From assembly GCA_002633005.1 (NCBI GenBank), contig NMRA01000145.1:461898-525897 (forward strand): a stretch of DNA of 64,000 nt, written 5' to 3'. The notes below the pieces were generated by a model. The model saw only the letters and a list, made by a program, of their open reading frames with translations. It was not told the DNA's origin and did not search any database. Both the position numbers and the translations under genes were made by a program. Shown here piece by piece: positions 50,317 through 63,720 of this stretch (the stretch's first letter is position 1; each line of letters starts with the position of its first letter). The stretch is from Phoronis australis. Taxonomy: Eukaryota > Animalia > Phoronida.

Positions 50317-53062
50317 CTACTTCTTCAGTTTGACAATGGCTGGCAGGAAGTGACTAACAAAAAAACTATCCAACTTTCTTTTCATTTCCCGAAAGTAGTC
50401 ACTGTCCATCAAAATTCTCTCACGAAAGTACGTGTCCCCACACATAACAAAAAAGTCGCACCATTCTGCTCCTGTGATAGCCATTTGTCCAATGCATTGA
50501 TCGTAATATGCATGGCTACGCTTCAGCTCCAACCCGTTCTCGCTGTCATTTAAATATGCAACCTCAGCAAGGGTTTCCTTGGTGGAGCATTTCACCTCCA
50601 AAAGTCCCCACTGAGGTTGTCCATCAGGGTCAAATACGCGGCGATCAGGGCTGCACCCTAAGTGACAAGCCGATGGGTTTATGACAAAGCCAATGTCGTG
50701 AAGATCAACTCCAAACGTTTCAGAGTATTTTTTCGCAGCCACAGCCTCGTGGTCAATGCCATATTGCATGGCTGGCGTACTGCGGACTTTTTTTGTAAGC
50801 ATGTCTGTGGCCAACTCCTCAAACTTGCTACGCCGAGCTGTTACAGACCTAAACTTCGACGCTGTTAGTCGCAGCTCGCGTAGCCTAAACCACTCGGGGC
50901 ATTCACTTTGCTTTCTTGTCTCTCGCTCGTACTGAAGTGACTCTAGTAACGTAGTTTGTAGAGACTTAAGCACAATTTTCTGCGCATCGCTTGCTGCATC
51001 CATGTCGATCTCCATGGGGGGTAGTCGGGGGATGTCCAATTCGGGGGGAGTGCAAGGACCCAAGAAAACCATTTCTGGGACTGATTTTTCTTGATATGAT
51101 AATAACGAACCCTTCACTACGGGTCCAAAGTTTGAGTCCACTAAGGGTAAGTTGTCGCTGACGTTCCAAATCTTTACCCATTTGGGCGGCTTCCCTTGAT
51201 TTGTAAAAGTGGGCATCAGCTGGTCGACCATGCTTGGCACCGTGCTGAGCGGCGTGGAAAGAGGGTTCCACAACGTTGACTTTACGCCCTCTTCCACCCG
51301 CTTGCGTTTCGATGAACCTTCACCAGTTGACGAGGGGAAGACTGGCTTATTGACAATCACATCAGTGACAGGTCGAGTTGCGAAGCCCTTTGTTCGTGGG
51401 GGAATGGTCCAGGTGCATCGCTCGTCTGTTTTCGAAACAATTTCTGGGATCTTCTTTAACTTCAAGTTTTGGTAGTGATTTATCTGAAACAGTAGTGCAA
51501 CTTGATGTTGGCAGAATCCCCTTCCTGCAGTACACGAACAGCTGTGCTCTGTGATGTCAACACCATTGACATTTGTTAGTGTAAACTGAAAAAGAAAGTT
51601 AAGATTGAACTGATAAGTTTGGACAACTATATTACCATGTTCAAAAGCAATTTATCTGGAAGTTTTGAGAAAAAAATTCACGCCAAAGCCAAATGACTGC
51701 TTTAAGTGTCAAATACATTCAGTCTCACAATAACTTTCAACTGTCTTGCAAATTTTACAATTGTATCTTACATGGGTAACACCGCATATTCTCTCAATAT
51801 TGAAAGACATGTTACCAAAACAAAGTTATTAGCCACAATAATTAAATTCCATGTGTTGCTGTTTAAATAATTGGTCAACGCAATTACAAGACAACAAATC
51901 CGTAAAAAGTAATGGTTGAAGCAGCCATGAACCTGCATTCCCTCACAGAAAATGTAATGTATAATTCAAGTGATGTAACAGCTATACAACTGATCTTGTA
52001 ACTTCTCATCAGCTCACGTGTGAATAGGTTTCATGTCTGTTGAAATAGAAGGTAGGTTTATAACTGCATTACCTATTGAGAGTGGGTAAGTGACTAAAAG
52101 CAAGTACAAATACCTTAAGGGAATGTGGCTTCTCATTTTTCTTGAAACTTCTGTAGCAGCTGCACCTGACTTCATGACCGCTTGCACAGGCTCTCACTGA
52201 AAGAATCAGGAACGTCAAGTTATTAAAATTCAAAGCAACAACAGACAAATTGATTCAGGTGCTGGATATGGAGTGATTGGAAAGCATGCAGGAGCTACAG
52301 CCCGGGGACACTCAATCTCAATTTATTAGGAATGGTAGAGACGTGCTGCCCATATGGGTCATATTTTTCAGTGTTTTGGCATAAGTTTGGGTAGCTTTTT
52401 GCACAATTTTTGAAACTATAATTTGTGTGTCATTTTGCATTAAGTTGCAGTGCCCCCCCCCCCCCTCCAGGCACCCGGGAGCTGCATATTTACCCATTAG
52501 ACAAAAATGGGGTTACGTAATTCCCAACAAAGAGTACGGACATAAACTCTTCTGCCTTTTAAAATAAATACAAATCTCGTACTCAATGCGATTTTCACTA
52601 TCTTACTTAGGGTGATTGCAGAATGTGGCTTTGTCAAACTTTTGACGAATTTCCGATAGTCAGCACCAATCAATGCAGTACAAAGACTAAGGACTCGAGA
52701 CCCGAATAACACAAAACTGACAAGAGCTATAACCATGATTAAACTGCATCAAATTCCACCATTTCTTCGATAGTTATAACTTTCAGAGCATAAAAACCGA
52801 AACCCACGTCTGTTTTCGTTCGTTTTGTGACGGGCACACTGTCGCGGAAAGAAACCGCGGGAAAACTGCTGAATTTCCGACGACTCAAAAACTAAAACTT
52901 ACCTTCTACGTTGTGAATATAATGATCCCAAAAGAACTTGTAGCCTTTCTGAGTTGAATTTTTCGGCGTTTTTGTATATTTTTGGGAAATAGCGTCCACA
53001 CTGGAAAGACTGATAATTGGTAAACCGTCAATCAATTTTGACCAAGCACTGGGAGCTTCCAT
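50317..53062 (-). CDS. SWIM zinc finger + YqaJ/lambda-exonuclease-like PD-(D/E)XK nuclease (about 503 aa). Exons 53062-52903, 52196-52114, 51585-50317
   Basis: SWIM CSCTAGRGFCQH. YqaJ motifs TRKQS..WFRLR..RLTAS, AMQYGIDHE, LGCSPD, LEVKC, YYDQCIGQM, WCDF. GT-AG introns keep the frame. Confidence 0.9.
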
Positions 53063-54759
53063 TCTGATGCGTCGTGTAACCTCGTTTTCGAGCCGGGCGA
53101 TTGCAGCGCCGCTAAAGCGTGAAAGTAGAGACGATTTTTGTTGCTATGGGAAAGGAAGTTTTGATGTGTCTTCTTCAAGCTAAGATTGAATTTTTTCCCA
53201 TGTCGTGCTAGAAATGCCAGCTACCAGTTACATTTTGATTTAAATGGATTTTTGCGTTGCACTATAGGATTTTTGTTCCTGCTAATGTTGTGTTCATTCG
53301 TATCATAACTAGGTGACCGGGGTCCACCCTGGGTGAAATTGGGAAAGCATGGAAGATGACGCAAATTAAAGGCAACCATGGGGAGAGATTTGAGTGGTGA
53401 TCATTTGGGGAGAAATAATTGTAGCCACTGATGCTCAAGAATTAAAATCTTCTGTCACTTTTGACTGGCATTTTTTGTTTTATGTGCTATTTGAGGCTCG
53501 CTTGCTACACCGTTGTCAGTGTAACACGCGCGTAGGAATCTCTGTGTCAGTGCACTCTTTGCGTCAGTTCACGTATATGTGTAGACTGGCATTCTAGTTT
53601 GACAGCTCAGTTTTCACAGGCGTGTTTTACCTGTTGAAGTTAATAATTATTATATTATTTACAACACTGTCGTGTTTTTCGTATTATTATTTTGAGAACC
53701 GTTCATCTTAGAAATGAGTGCTGAGCAAAATAAAAGGACTTTTGTGTTCCAATAGGTCTTGTTTTCTTCAAACAAAATGCAGATTTTTGAAGGGGTGTGT
53801 GGATATGCACCAAACACTAAACCTAGCATAGCTTCAAAAACCTACGGGTTTGAGTCGCATGAATGGAGTCGACATATTGTGAAACTTTTATGCTGGTAAG
53901 TCGCATCAACACCCAAATGCTTAAATACTGGTTCGGAGCAGGTAATTTGGACACCACTGAAAGTATCATTTTTTCAACCGTAAATATCCATATCTGTCAT
54001 TTTTCCGAAACCGCAAATTCTAGTGGGGCACGTACTATCATGCTCGGCCTCTTGTATGGCAGAAGAACAACTGCGTGACCTCTTTATATGTCCAATAACA
54101 TTACCCCTCTGGTCGTATCCACTGTTCTCTATTTTAACTTTTAATGTGCTCTCGAAGATCTTGATTAGTTTTAGCATAAACTTTGCTAATAGTGGGGGGG
54201 GGTGGGGTGAACCTTTTCAAGCGCAGATCCAGGGTTTTGTCCAGGGCGTCCGAAAATGAACCGGCATGCACAGTAGGCAGTGCGTAGGATTCTTAGTCCA
54301 CTGCGGGGTTCGAAGACTGACCAGGGAGGTGGTTTAGGTCTCCTTTTAGAGCGAAACTTGCTTCTCTGTAGTATGAGACGGTGATGGGGGTTGTATTAAC
54401 TCATCAGTACAGTACAGTTGACTTTTTTCTGCTCTGTAATCCTGTAATAGATTTTCATGGTTGCACCTGCAAAACCCAGTTTGTTTCGTCACTGATGTAG
54501 CAATATGAATGATATTTGTTTGGCATCTTGCTCGATAGATAATTTCACAACCAGGTAGCGCCACCTAGAGTCTTTTAATCTAACTGAGAGTCACAGATTA
54601 ACAGGAAACTGTGTGAGTGTAAGTTATGTAAAAAATTGACTACACAAAAACAATGAAAGAGACAAGATTTTTTATTCTTGCGTTCGACTCAACAAAGACA
54701 ACAGCTCATGTTCCAAAAAATTTTCGATATAAATTTGGGAGAGCGATTCCAAACCAGTT

Positions 54760-55065
54760 TTTTATTATGAGTCCAGCGTCCGCAACTGTATCTCCTAAAC
54801 CTCTCATAGGACCTTGGTGAGATTTGGCAGATGTGTTTGCGTGACTGAGCTGACGACAGATGGCGACGAATTTCGGACCTATTCGACTATTGGTGTGCCC
54901 CCTAGCACCAATTTTTATTTTTTTACGTTTACCTCTACGCCTTCGGAGGTCTTCAACGTATTTTCATAAAATTTGGCATATAGGCATCTATTAGTGAGAT
55001 GTCAGTCGACGTCATTTTAGATACTGCGACTACTGCTGCCCCCTGGTGGCAGTTTCTATAGTTAG
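54760..55065. repeat. Reverse-oriented partial copy of the 22735-23495 repeat family
   Basis: ctgtatctcctaaac, aaatttggcatataggcatctattagtgagatg and gccccctggtggcagt are reverse complements of blocks at 22.8-23.5 kb. Confidence 0.8.
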
Positions 55066-57699
55066 ATTTTTTTGTGAAATTTTAACTTTGGCCAGTACAT
55101 TTCTATCGAGGAAACGATGACACATGCATGTTTGAGAGCGAAATTTCAATATTATTCTACTATTCTCTTAAGATATTTTGTTTTCTGTCTATTATCGTAC
55201 TTGAGGATGACTATTGTAACGCCGTTTACATGCTGAACTCCAGAGTCATATTCATTTCCCACTTCTAACTTTTAATTTGGCCAAATCTAATATTGTTTAC
55301 ATGCAAGTTTTAGAATGAGTCTAACCTGTGCTGACACAGCAGTCAGTGACAGTTTTAGCGCTTTGGAAACCATTCACATGTCTTACCTGTGCCCCTCCCC
55401 CGTCAGCAGTAAACTGATGCTATGCCCTGGTAACGTCCACCTTATTACCTGATAACAATTTTTACAGGATGCTAATCGCTTTACCGATCCCACCCAAATC
55501 TGATTTTGTCACTTGTTGTAACACTCCCATGAGAGATAAAAACGACATCTCTTAAAAATATTGAACGCACGGGTTTCAAAATTTCATTGTGGCTGAGGCT
55601 TACACCTAGCAAAATGATCTCAGTACAAATTAATACGCAAACTAACATGATAATAAAAGCCTTTTGCCATAATAGGGAACTTAGAATGTAAATTAATTGA
55701 AAAAAATCAGTAATACAGGCTGAATTAAGTTCACGTTAAGTATGAAAGTAGACATGCGTGGTTGTTACTATGGCGGCTGAGTACCGTAAAAGCATTCCTC
55801 CTTAAACTAGAATTTGACAAGCATGATAATAAATAATGTGAAGCTATTAGGCACAAAAATTCAAGTAAGCTTCACACTTCATAATCCAAACGTAACCAGT
55901 TTGTGTAAACCAAGTAAGGTTTTTCATATTTTGCCGCTTTGATACTTTCTTGAAGTAAAAAGTAACTAGTAACAAAAGCCTGAATCAAAAGCACAGTTTA
56001 TACGTGAAACTCAGACAATGTTGAGTCCTGTTGTGACACATAATCATACCTTGAACAGAAACTGACTTTCAAACAAAAAAAAAACGATTTCATGCAATTT
56101 CAATTATTAGAGTTTAGCAGAGTGCAAGGTCTATTGAATGGGCATTTCACATTGAAATAAATAGAAGATTCATGATACTTATGGCACAAGCACTGGAAAA
56201 TTGTACAAAACTGGTTTTTTGTAGCAACGTGTCGACAAATGCATTATAATTACATCTTCACCAATGAAAATGTAGCCGGTTAGACAATTCATGCCTTTCA
56301 GTTCAGTTCAGAAAAGTCGCCATTACGGGTAGAACGTGAACTGTGAGTACTTTAACCACTCAATAAGTTGACACCAGCGTGATTAAATTCTGGTGTAAAC
56401 TCTACAACTATAGCTAAAAATCTGATAACAAACCTATGTTTTGCTGTTTTGTTGGTCGATCGGTTTTAAGCCATTCACATTCTACTTTTTGGGACCTCAC
56501 GCTGCTATGGTCACCACGCGCGTTCAAAGTCGTGGTCGGTGGCTTATGACTGTCAGTAACATAGAGCGTCTAATCGTCGTCATGAACCTGTCATCTAGTA
56601 CGCAAACACACGACCCACTTGGCGAAGTTGGCCGGGTACGGCCCAAGCGATTACGTAAAATGCTTTGATTCAGAACCAAATTTTAAATTATTACCAACTC
56701 ATTTATTACGGCAGTTAGTAGTACCAGTAATAAATACAAAAATTTTGTTGATCATTTATATCCTATGCGTAACGAATATGCTGGGGCTGAACCTTTTAAA
56801 GGGGGGGGGGGGGGTGGGAGATCGAACCCCTCCCCGAACCCCCCACACTTTACGGGCCTGCGTAGTGGAGTGAAAGCGTTTAGTAAGGCGTGTCTGTGGT
56901 CAGTGGCTCACCATTAACGTCACGGTAGCTTGCGTATTTTTGCACTTTCTTAGATTCGAGAATCGTCGAACTTGGTCTCGAACCCAATGAGAAATACCGA
57001 CGAACAACTTGATGAATCTCGCTGACATGGTGGGGCGAATCGGGGGCACGCACCAGTGGGACTTGTTGACGGAGAGGAAGATTTGGGGTCAAAAGGGGGA
57101 TGGTGGCGATCAGGAGCGAACAGTCTGAATTCTATCGTGACCAGCGGTCATCAATGAAGTCTGCGGTAAAAAGTCTTGGACTACAAAAGCAGTTATGTTA
57201 AGCCGATCCGTTATACCAAACTTACCGGTAGACCAAAAATGGTAATGCCTTCCACCTTATGAATGGCAACTGATGTCATATGCATGTGTCTAGTGAGGTT
57301 TCAGTGTAGGTTTCGTGCAAGAATGTATGCCAGAATGCTGAACCTGTCTCTTGTCGCCAGTATGCACGCCCAAGATATCGTTTGTTTATGAAGAATCGGT
57401 CTTAACATGTGATTTACTTTAATTAACAATTAATTAATAGCAAAAGCAGCAATTACAGAAAGGTTAAAGCTGCTGCAAACCTCGGTGAATTAGATCACTT
57501 ACCGTTATGAAGTTGATCTCAACTTGTGAGTGGTTTTTGACTTGCAATAAATGACATTTTGTTACAGTTCATTACAAAAATTGACCTGCGTGACGAGCTA
57601 ACCTGTGAATTATAGTCTTAAGCAGCGGTTGATTCATAACCAGCCAAGAAATCGTATCTGACTTTCAGACTAATTTCATTACCCTAAGGGTTCCAGGAA

Positions 57700-60490
57700 T
57701 CTGATTTTGAGACCGAGAAACGTGGGGACGGAAGGAGCCAAAGTCAGGAGAACAGCGAATATTACAAACGTGACTGTAGCTTGTCTAGGAGCATTCGAAC
57801 ATTCATTTTGGGTGAACTGTGAGGGAGGAAATGCAAGTACCGGGAAACATTAATAGGGACGAAAACGAAAAAGGGCTAAGAAATGCCCTAACCAGAAAAA
57901 GCTATTACGGTCTTTGAGACTGAAATGAAAATGAATTTTGATATTTCAACGAAAATATTCTGCAAATTTATCCATCTTTATCCTAGAGAAGTTACAGTTG
58001 ACTTGTTACTGTAGCAACATTTGTCCAAATCCACACGAGACGGCAAAATGTAAAAGTATGCGGAATGGATTAACTATGATTGATGTTGATGATAAAATTG
58101 AGTGTACCATTCCCAATAAACTCAAGCGTTTTCCTCTTGAGTTGCATGTTCTTGTTTGTTGGTAACAGAAATAAAATTCTAACCCGGTGTTTAATGTTGT
58201 GCGCCCGATTGTAAAAGAGTACAAGGCGCAATCGCTTTTTGTTCTTTAGACATTTAAACATAGCGAAATGGAGCGACGTTCTTGGCAAGAGAGGTACATG
58301 TACATGAAGTTTTCCAGAAATGACCAGTGACTCGGAATCAAACCCCGCTTCCTACAGTGTATGCAGTAGGAGTCGGACGCCGCTGTGCCACAGAGCCAAA
58401 TCTCACGAACTAAATTGGAAATATTTTTTTCAAAAGCGGTTTTAATGCTATATATAGCACCGTCGGACAACGACGAGAATTAATGATTTGTATCAGAATC
58501 CCATAACACCACGGGTTTTGTTGTTTAGTAGCCAAGCTAATAACTGAACGCCGGGTTTTACCATCCAAAAATAATCCCCAAAATACGTCTTTCCGCAGTA
58601 AAACCTTTTAAACAACACGGATTAAAGCAAAGAAAATTTCCCGGAGACCCCTTCGGGTCATGGTTACCTCAAACCAGCGTTCTATAGACGCAAGACGCTT
58701 GCGAAGAGAATTTTCTATCATAGTTCAATGTCCAGTCCTTTCAGTGTCTGCCGTTTTACAAGGAAACATTAGTTAGCTTCCGAGCAAAAAATATTCGCCT
58801 TTCATTCGACGAGTGATTTTTGCTTGATCTTGCTTCATTATGAGTTTCTCTCGTGTTCAAAACGTACTTCAGAGGAAGGTCCCGAAGAACAAGTTTTTTG
58901 CGGTACTAGCGAGACCACGAAGGCGAAAGTTTACTGAGCAAGCTCGGGAATTTCAGTGTTCATTACATCACTATCTCGGATCATTCCACGAGACTGTAAT
59001 GGGTAGTAAGCTACATTATTCCAACTTCATAAGGCAATTAAGATTTCTGCCAGCAAGTTTCTGGTTTGCACTACGTTACGCAGTCCACTTTATGCGAATA
59101 ACTCCGTGTAGTACTGACGAACAACTAAAAGATTAACTTCAGATGTTGCCCCCTGACGACTTGGATTTTTTACCACTTGTTCGAATTGAATGAGGGATGT
59201 CCCTATCCACGAAATAGATCGGGAGGTGCTCGGCTATATTTGGTGGGTTTTGTGGATGGGAAATTGAAATACCAACCTTTCAGTAGAGAGTCGGCAGGAT
59301 GCGATTAACCAAATTCAATCCAGATTAAGACGCACACTTGTTAGGAGCTTCTGTAAAAATCACCTCGTAGAGTTTTCCAGCTTTTCACACAAATTATAAC
59401 TGAGAGGCACGTTCCGAATGAGCGGCATTCATTTATCTAAGTGAGCGACAACAACTGTCGACGTCTGCAACAACAGTAAAACAAAGGAGCATCCGAGTCA
59501 TAACCAACACAAGAGGTCGCTTTGTGGGAAAATTATTATTATTTCCTGATATGAGCTGATCGACCCACAACAGACAAGGCAGAAATAAAGAGATCAACAT
59601 ACTTTAGGATAATCATTCCTTCTACATGTTCATAGCCGTATTCCGTGTTGTTCAGCTCTAATACATACCTGAGCTCATTGACCAAAGTTGTCGAAGTTAG
59701 ACTAAGGTAAGTGGAATGCATTTTCAGGCCTTCATGTTACTGCGACCCAGTGACCTTTCGATTGACGACAATGTCATCAACTGGTCTAAAGAACATCGAT
59801 CACTGCTAAGCCATCCACTATGTACTTTGGCTACAGGCTGTGTACGTGGTTATTTATTGTAGGGTATAATTTCATAAGATACATCAAATTATCAAGAATT
59901 TCCGGAAAAAGGTACAAGCAACGTCAGAGATTATGCTGAGAATCAATTTCTTGGAAATCCAGGGACAAGCTTTTTCTGTGTTGGAAGCTAATTAACTTGC
60001 ATATCAATTTTAAAATTGGTGCTTCCTTGTTGGTGGGTGTAATGTTTTTGTTGTTTGTATTTGTAAACGCTCACTAAATTACGGATGGGCGTCACAGCAC
60101 TGAAATAAGTGTGTGTGTGGGGNGGGGGGGGGGGGAGGGCTACAGTCCTCTAGCCTCCCATAGTGCGCCGCTATGTGACCATGGGCGGCACATCACTGAA
60201 ATAAATGGGGGCTATAGCCCCCAGCCCCCTATGGTGCGCCATAGACCTTAAAGACATTTACAGAAGGGCCATGGAAAAAGCTGTTGGATTGTGTCACTCT
60301 GTAGATCTATTTAGATGGAATAGTGAACTGGAAGTATGTCAAACATTTTCTGCTTAAAAGCTAACAATAATCGTTATACCCTTTACTTATCATGGAACCA
60401 CGCTTCCTATTATTAAATACTCTCAGACAACAAACTGAAATGCCAGAGACTTGCACTAGCTATAGACCCTAAACCGAAGTGGCCAAAAAT
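57700..60490 (+). repeat. Longer copy of the duplicated block at 41620-43170
   Basis: Same blocks in the same order, with extra sequence at about 57870-58650 and 58720-58900 that is absent from the first copy. Confidence 0.9.
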
Positions 60491-62393
60491 GAAGCAGGGA
60501 CTGTCCAGGTGTCCCAAAATCCATCACACTTTTAAACCTGGAGAATTTCGTACATTCTACTTCCAGAATGCATCATTTGCGATCAGAAAAATGCGTTGTG
60601 AATAACGTCTCAAGAAATAGAAATATAGAAATATGCAATACGTACGTTTTCGTGAAGCATTGTGTTTTTCAAGATTCAGTTAAAGGTTGTTTACGATCTT
60701 ACACTAGATAGAATTGAATAGACATTAGTATTCAATTTTGATTGAGAACTCTTTCATTTGAAACAGTTCTTATGACAACAAGCGCGTGCATGCTTGCATT
60801 CACTCATTCAACACGAATCTGGTATCTGAGATGAAGACTTCATGCGAAGAATTCTGCAATATTGAGATGGGGACCGCTTTTCAGAGAGGAGTTTTATGAA
60901 ACAAAACGGCGACTCCCAATGACGAATGATCCCCGCAAAGCCCAAAGTATTTTGGGTTATTTAATTCACTCTGTTTAGTGCGTTTTATGCAGTTGCGTTT
61001 TATACAGTTATGTTGTTGAAGAAGCAGCTGACTGGTTTATTTGCATTAATTGCCAAGGGAGTCATTTTTTATTTACAAACTTGTGATATTGGTTTTGACA
61101 GCTGTATCAATGCTTTCGTACATAGATTTCCTTAGCGACTATTTTTGGATTCTCGTAATAGTTCCATTGTTTATGCTATATCTTTGATAACGCGGACAAT
61201 GTTTGCTTCAGACAACTTAAATTTTCCAAAACTCCAATGATACTTTGAGTTTTAAAAAACTAAAGACTTGAATTTTGTTGTGTTAACAAATTATGACTGT
61301 TGAAAATTTTTCCTTTATTCTTGCAAACTATTAAAATTATATTGCATTGAATCTTGAACATTTTCGGTATACCTTGGCTGCGGTTGGTAGACCAAGTTTC
61401 TTGCGAAAGAAGGGAGATCAAGCAATTCCACGCTAGATATCGCCATGCATTACAACTGAAACACACGACTCAACCAACTTTTCTCATGAATGCTCTGATA
61501 ATACCTAACACCCAATACACCGCGGAGTACTGTCTAGCACAGACAGGATTAAGGCGAAATAAAAAGGCGACCTAATACTCTTAGGAGTGACTCCATATAA
61601 AAACCAACAAGTAGAGTCGATATCCAAAACCACAGATTTTTTAGACATATAACATGAGGTTTGGTGAGATGTAGAAAAATCTCACTTTTTAAGAATTTTC
61701 ACCCATTATTTTTCTTTTTATGACATGTACCTAGCTTCATTTGGTTTCCCTTGCTGAACTCAGACCAGTTACAATATTGTGCGCCGGAGTAGACATATTT
61801 GAATGCATTTTGCTAGCATGTATTGTAAGCTCATAACAAACGAGTGATACGATTTGAAAGGAACATGATTGAATAAGTTAATGGCACAACATTCAAAATT
61901 CATTTTGAAATCTGTATGCTTTTGTGTGGCAAAAACGGCTATTTTGAACGTTTTCACTGAAGCCATTTTCGACCAGCTTTGGCACTCTTTAGCAGCCATA
62001 TTGCTCTATTCCAAGAACTGACCTTATAATATAATAATCTGTTCAGTCATTCCTATTCTGTTCATAATGTAAAATAAAAAATCTTGCCTATTACTTACGA
62101 AGGATTACACGACTAACCGCTGCGGCTGCTCCTATTTGCCTGTTCTCAGTTGCCTCAACCACCAATAGGAGGCTCTTGGAACATGAAATTAGCTTGCAAA
62201 ACACAGGCGACAGCTTGTATCATGGACAGCGCAGTACTGAAAAAGTGTGTGTGTGNCAACACAAGTAACGGTCTCAGTGAACTTCAAACATACCACGTGA
62301 CTGCCTCCGTAGCCTAGCAAGGGAGGGGGGTCAGGTGCCCCCTGGCGCCTGCCGAAGAGATTGCCATACAGATGTTGTCTAACACCAGCCTCC

Positions 62394-62534
62394 CGTTCAG
62401 TAACGCTAGGACCTAGCTTAAAAGCAAGACTTTGCGAGATTACGCGAGATATTGCCGTGTATTTTAAATACGAGCACGTGACCTTGACTAGCTTTTGGCT
62501 AGGTCCTAGCGTAGGTCCTAGCGTCTACTGAACG
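62394..62534. mobile_element. About 140-bp MITE-like element
   Basis: cgttcagtaacgctaggaccta ... taggtcctagcgtctactgaacg inverted ends. Confidence 0.65.
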
Positions 62535-63720
62535 CACGCCCGGTATCTGTTAACTGGGGGGCTACACCGCTAACAACCGGAGTGGGGTAGGGGGGTGCCA
62601 CTTGAGGTGTCGACAGGGGGCAAGGAAGTGCTCGCCACTAGACTGACTACTGTCATTTCAGGTGTTCAGGGTACAGACACTTTCTGCTTGGGTGAAAACA
62701 TCGCACACCTCACGTCTGGTCCTGCTCAGTCACAAATTTACCTACTCTGGTTAGTAAGAGCTCATCCTCTGGCACTGGTCTTGATTTATGAGGTACTTTA
62801 CAGCATTTTATATGTTCTGAAGTGCCTTTAGCATGACTGACCAAAGCCACAAAGCTTTCGTGATGCACTTTTTGAACATTCTCTAAATGACTTCCGTTCC
62901 CCATTTTGTCTTTAAGCACATGATACCCTGGACCAGTCTTTACAAATAACAATTCCTACAAGTTCAAAATTCAAAGAGTGTTTAAATTAACCTGTTAATG
63001 GAAGAAAACAAGAGCAGCTACATGTACAAGTTTTTGATATATTCTCAAACCTAATGTCAACTGACTCACTGAGCAAAGGTCACCGGGTTCAGTTTTGATA
63101 CTGACCGCGTAATACATCCAGAAAACAACTTGTTTTCATTTGAAAGAGCTTAGACTTGATTTTTAGAACAACTTAATGCAGAATTTGTGTTTATATTTTC
63201 GTCCAAATGATCTGTAAACTCATCATTTCCGAAGAAGTCTGTTTTGAAAGACAATTTTCACTAAAATAAAGCAAGATATTTTTTGCTCAAAGTGCAATAT
63301 GGCGGTAAGTGGGTCACTAAATTAGCTAGGAAAAGTGGATTATCTCCTCTGTCTAGCACGTAGCTATCAAATTTGAATAAATACTAAATAATTATGCACA
63401 GTATACATTGGTTATTGCAGACACGAAAGCACAACTTTTAAACTAGTTTGTAAGTTACTTATTTTCGTTGCTAAAAACATACAATTTTCAAAACAGCTAA
63501 TATGACCAATTAAGGTCTAATGCTCCAGCGGTGAAATTAAGGGTCATTGAGTGCACAAAATGTACGTTTTTGTTAGGATACCTATCCATGTACAAAAAGT
63601 GAAGTTGTTTTGAATTTTGACGTATAGACTATCTTTGAAGCTCTACTGGTTTTTATATAGCCTGCCTCTTAGTTCTTTAAAAGGAAATCCACTGATTAGC
63701 ATTGCCTGTATTACAGGTTC

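Larger units (their letters stand above)
46621..53128. mobile_element. ISL2EU-type (PIF/Harbinger-related) autonomous DNA transposon, about 6.5 kb; ends provisional
   Basis: Convergent THAP-DDE_Tnp_4 and SWIM-YqaJ genes. Inverted CTACTTTCACGC (46621-46632 / 53117-53128) plus inverted TCGAAAACGAGG (46657-46668 / 53080-53091). Confidence 0.82.

Noticed and set aside
50317-51465. Phage/bacterial recombinase (contamination or recent horizontal transfer)
   Set aside because: The gene has spliceosomal introns and a SWIM finger and is paired with a THAP transposase, the eukaryotic ISL2EU layout.
45701-55093. CTGGCCAAAGT inverted match as outer termini of the transposon
   Set aside because: Only 11 bp, no TSD, and unrelated repeats lie in between; the 46621/53128 bipartite pair is stronger.
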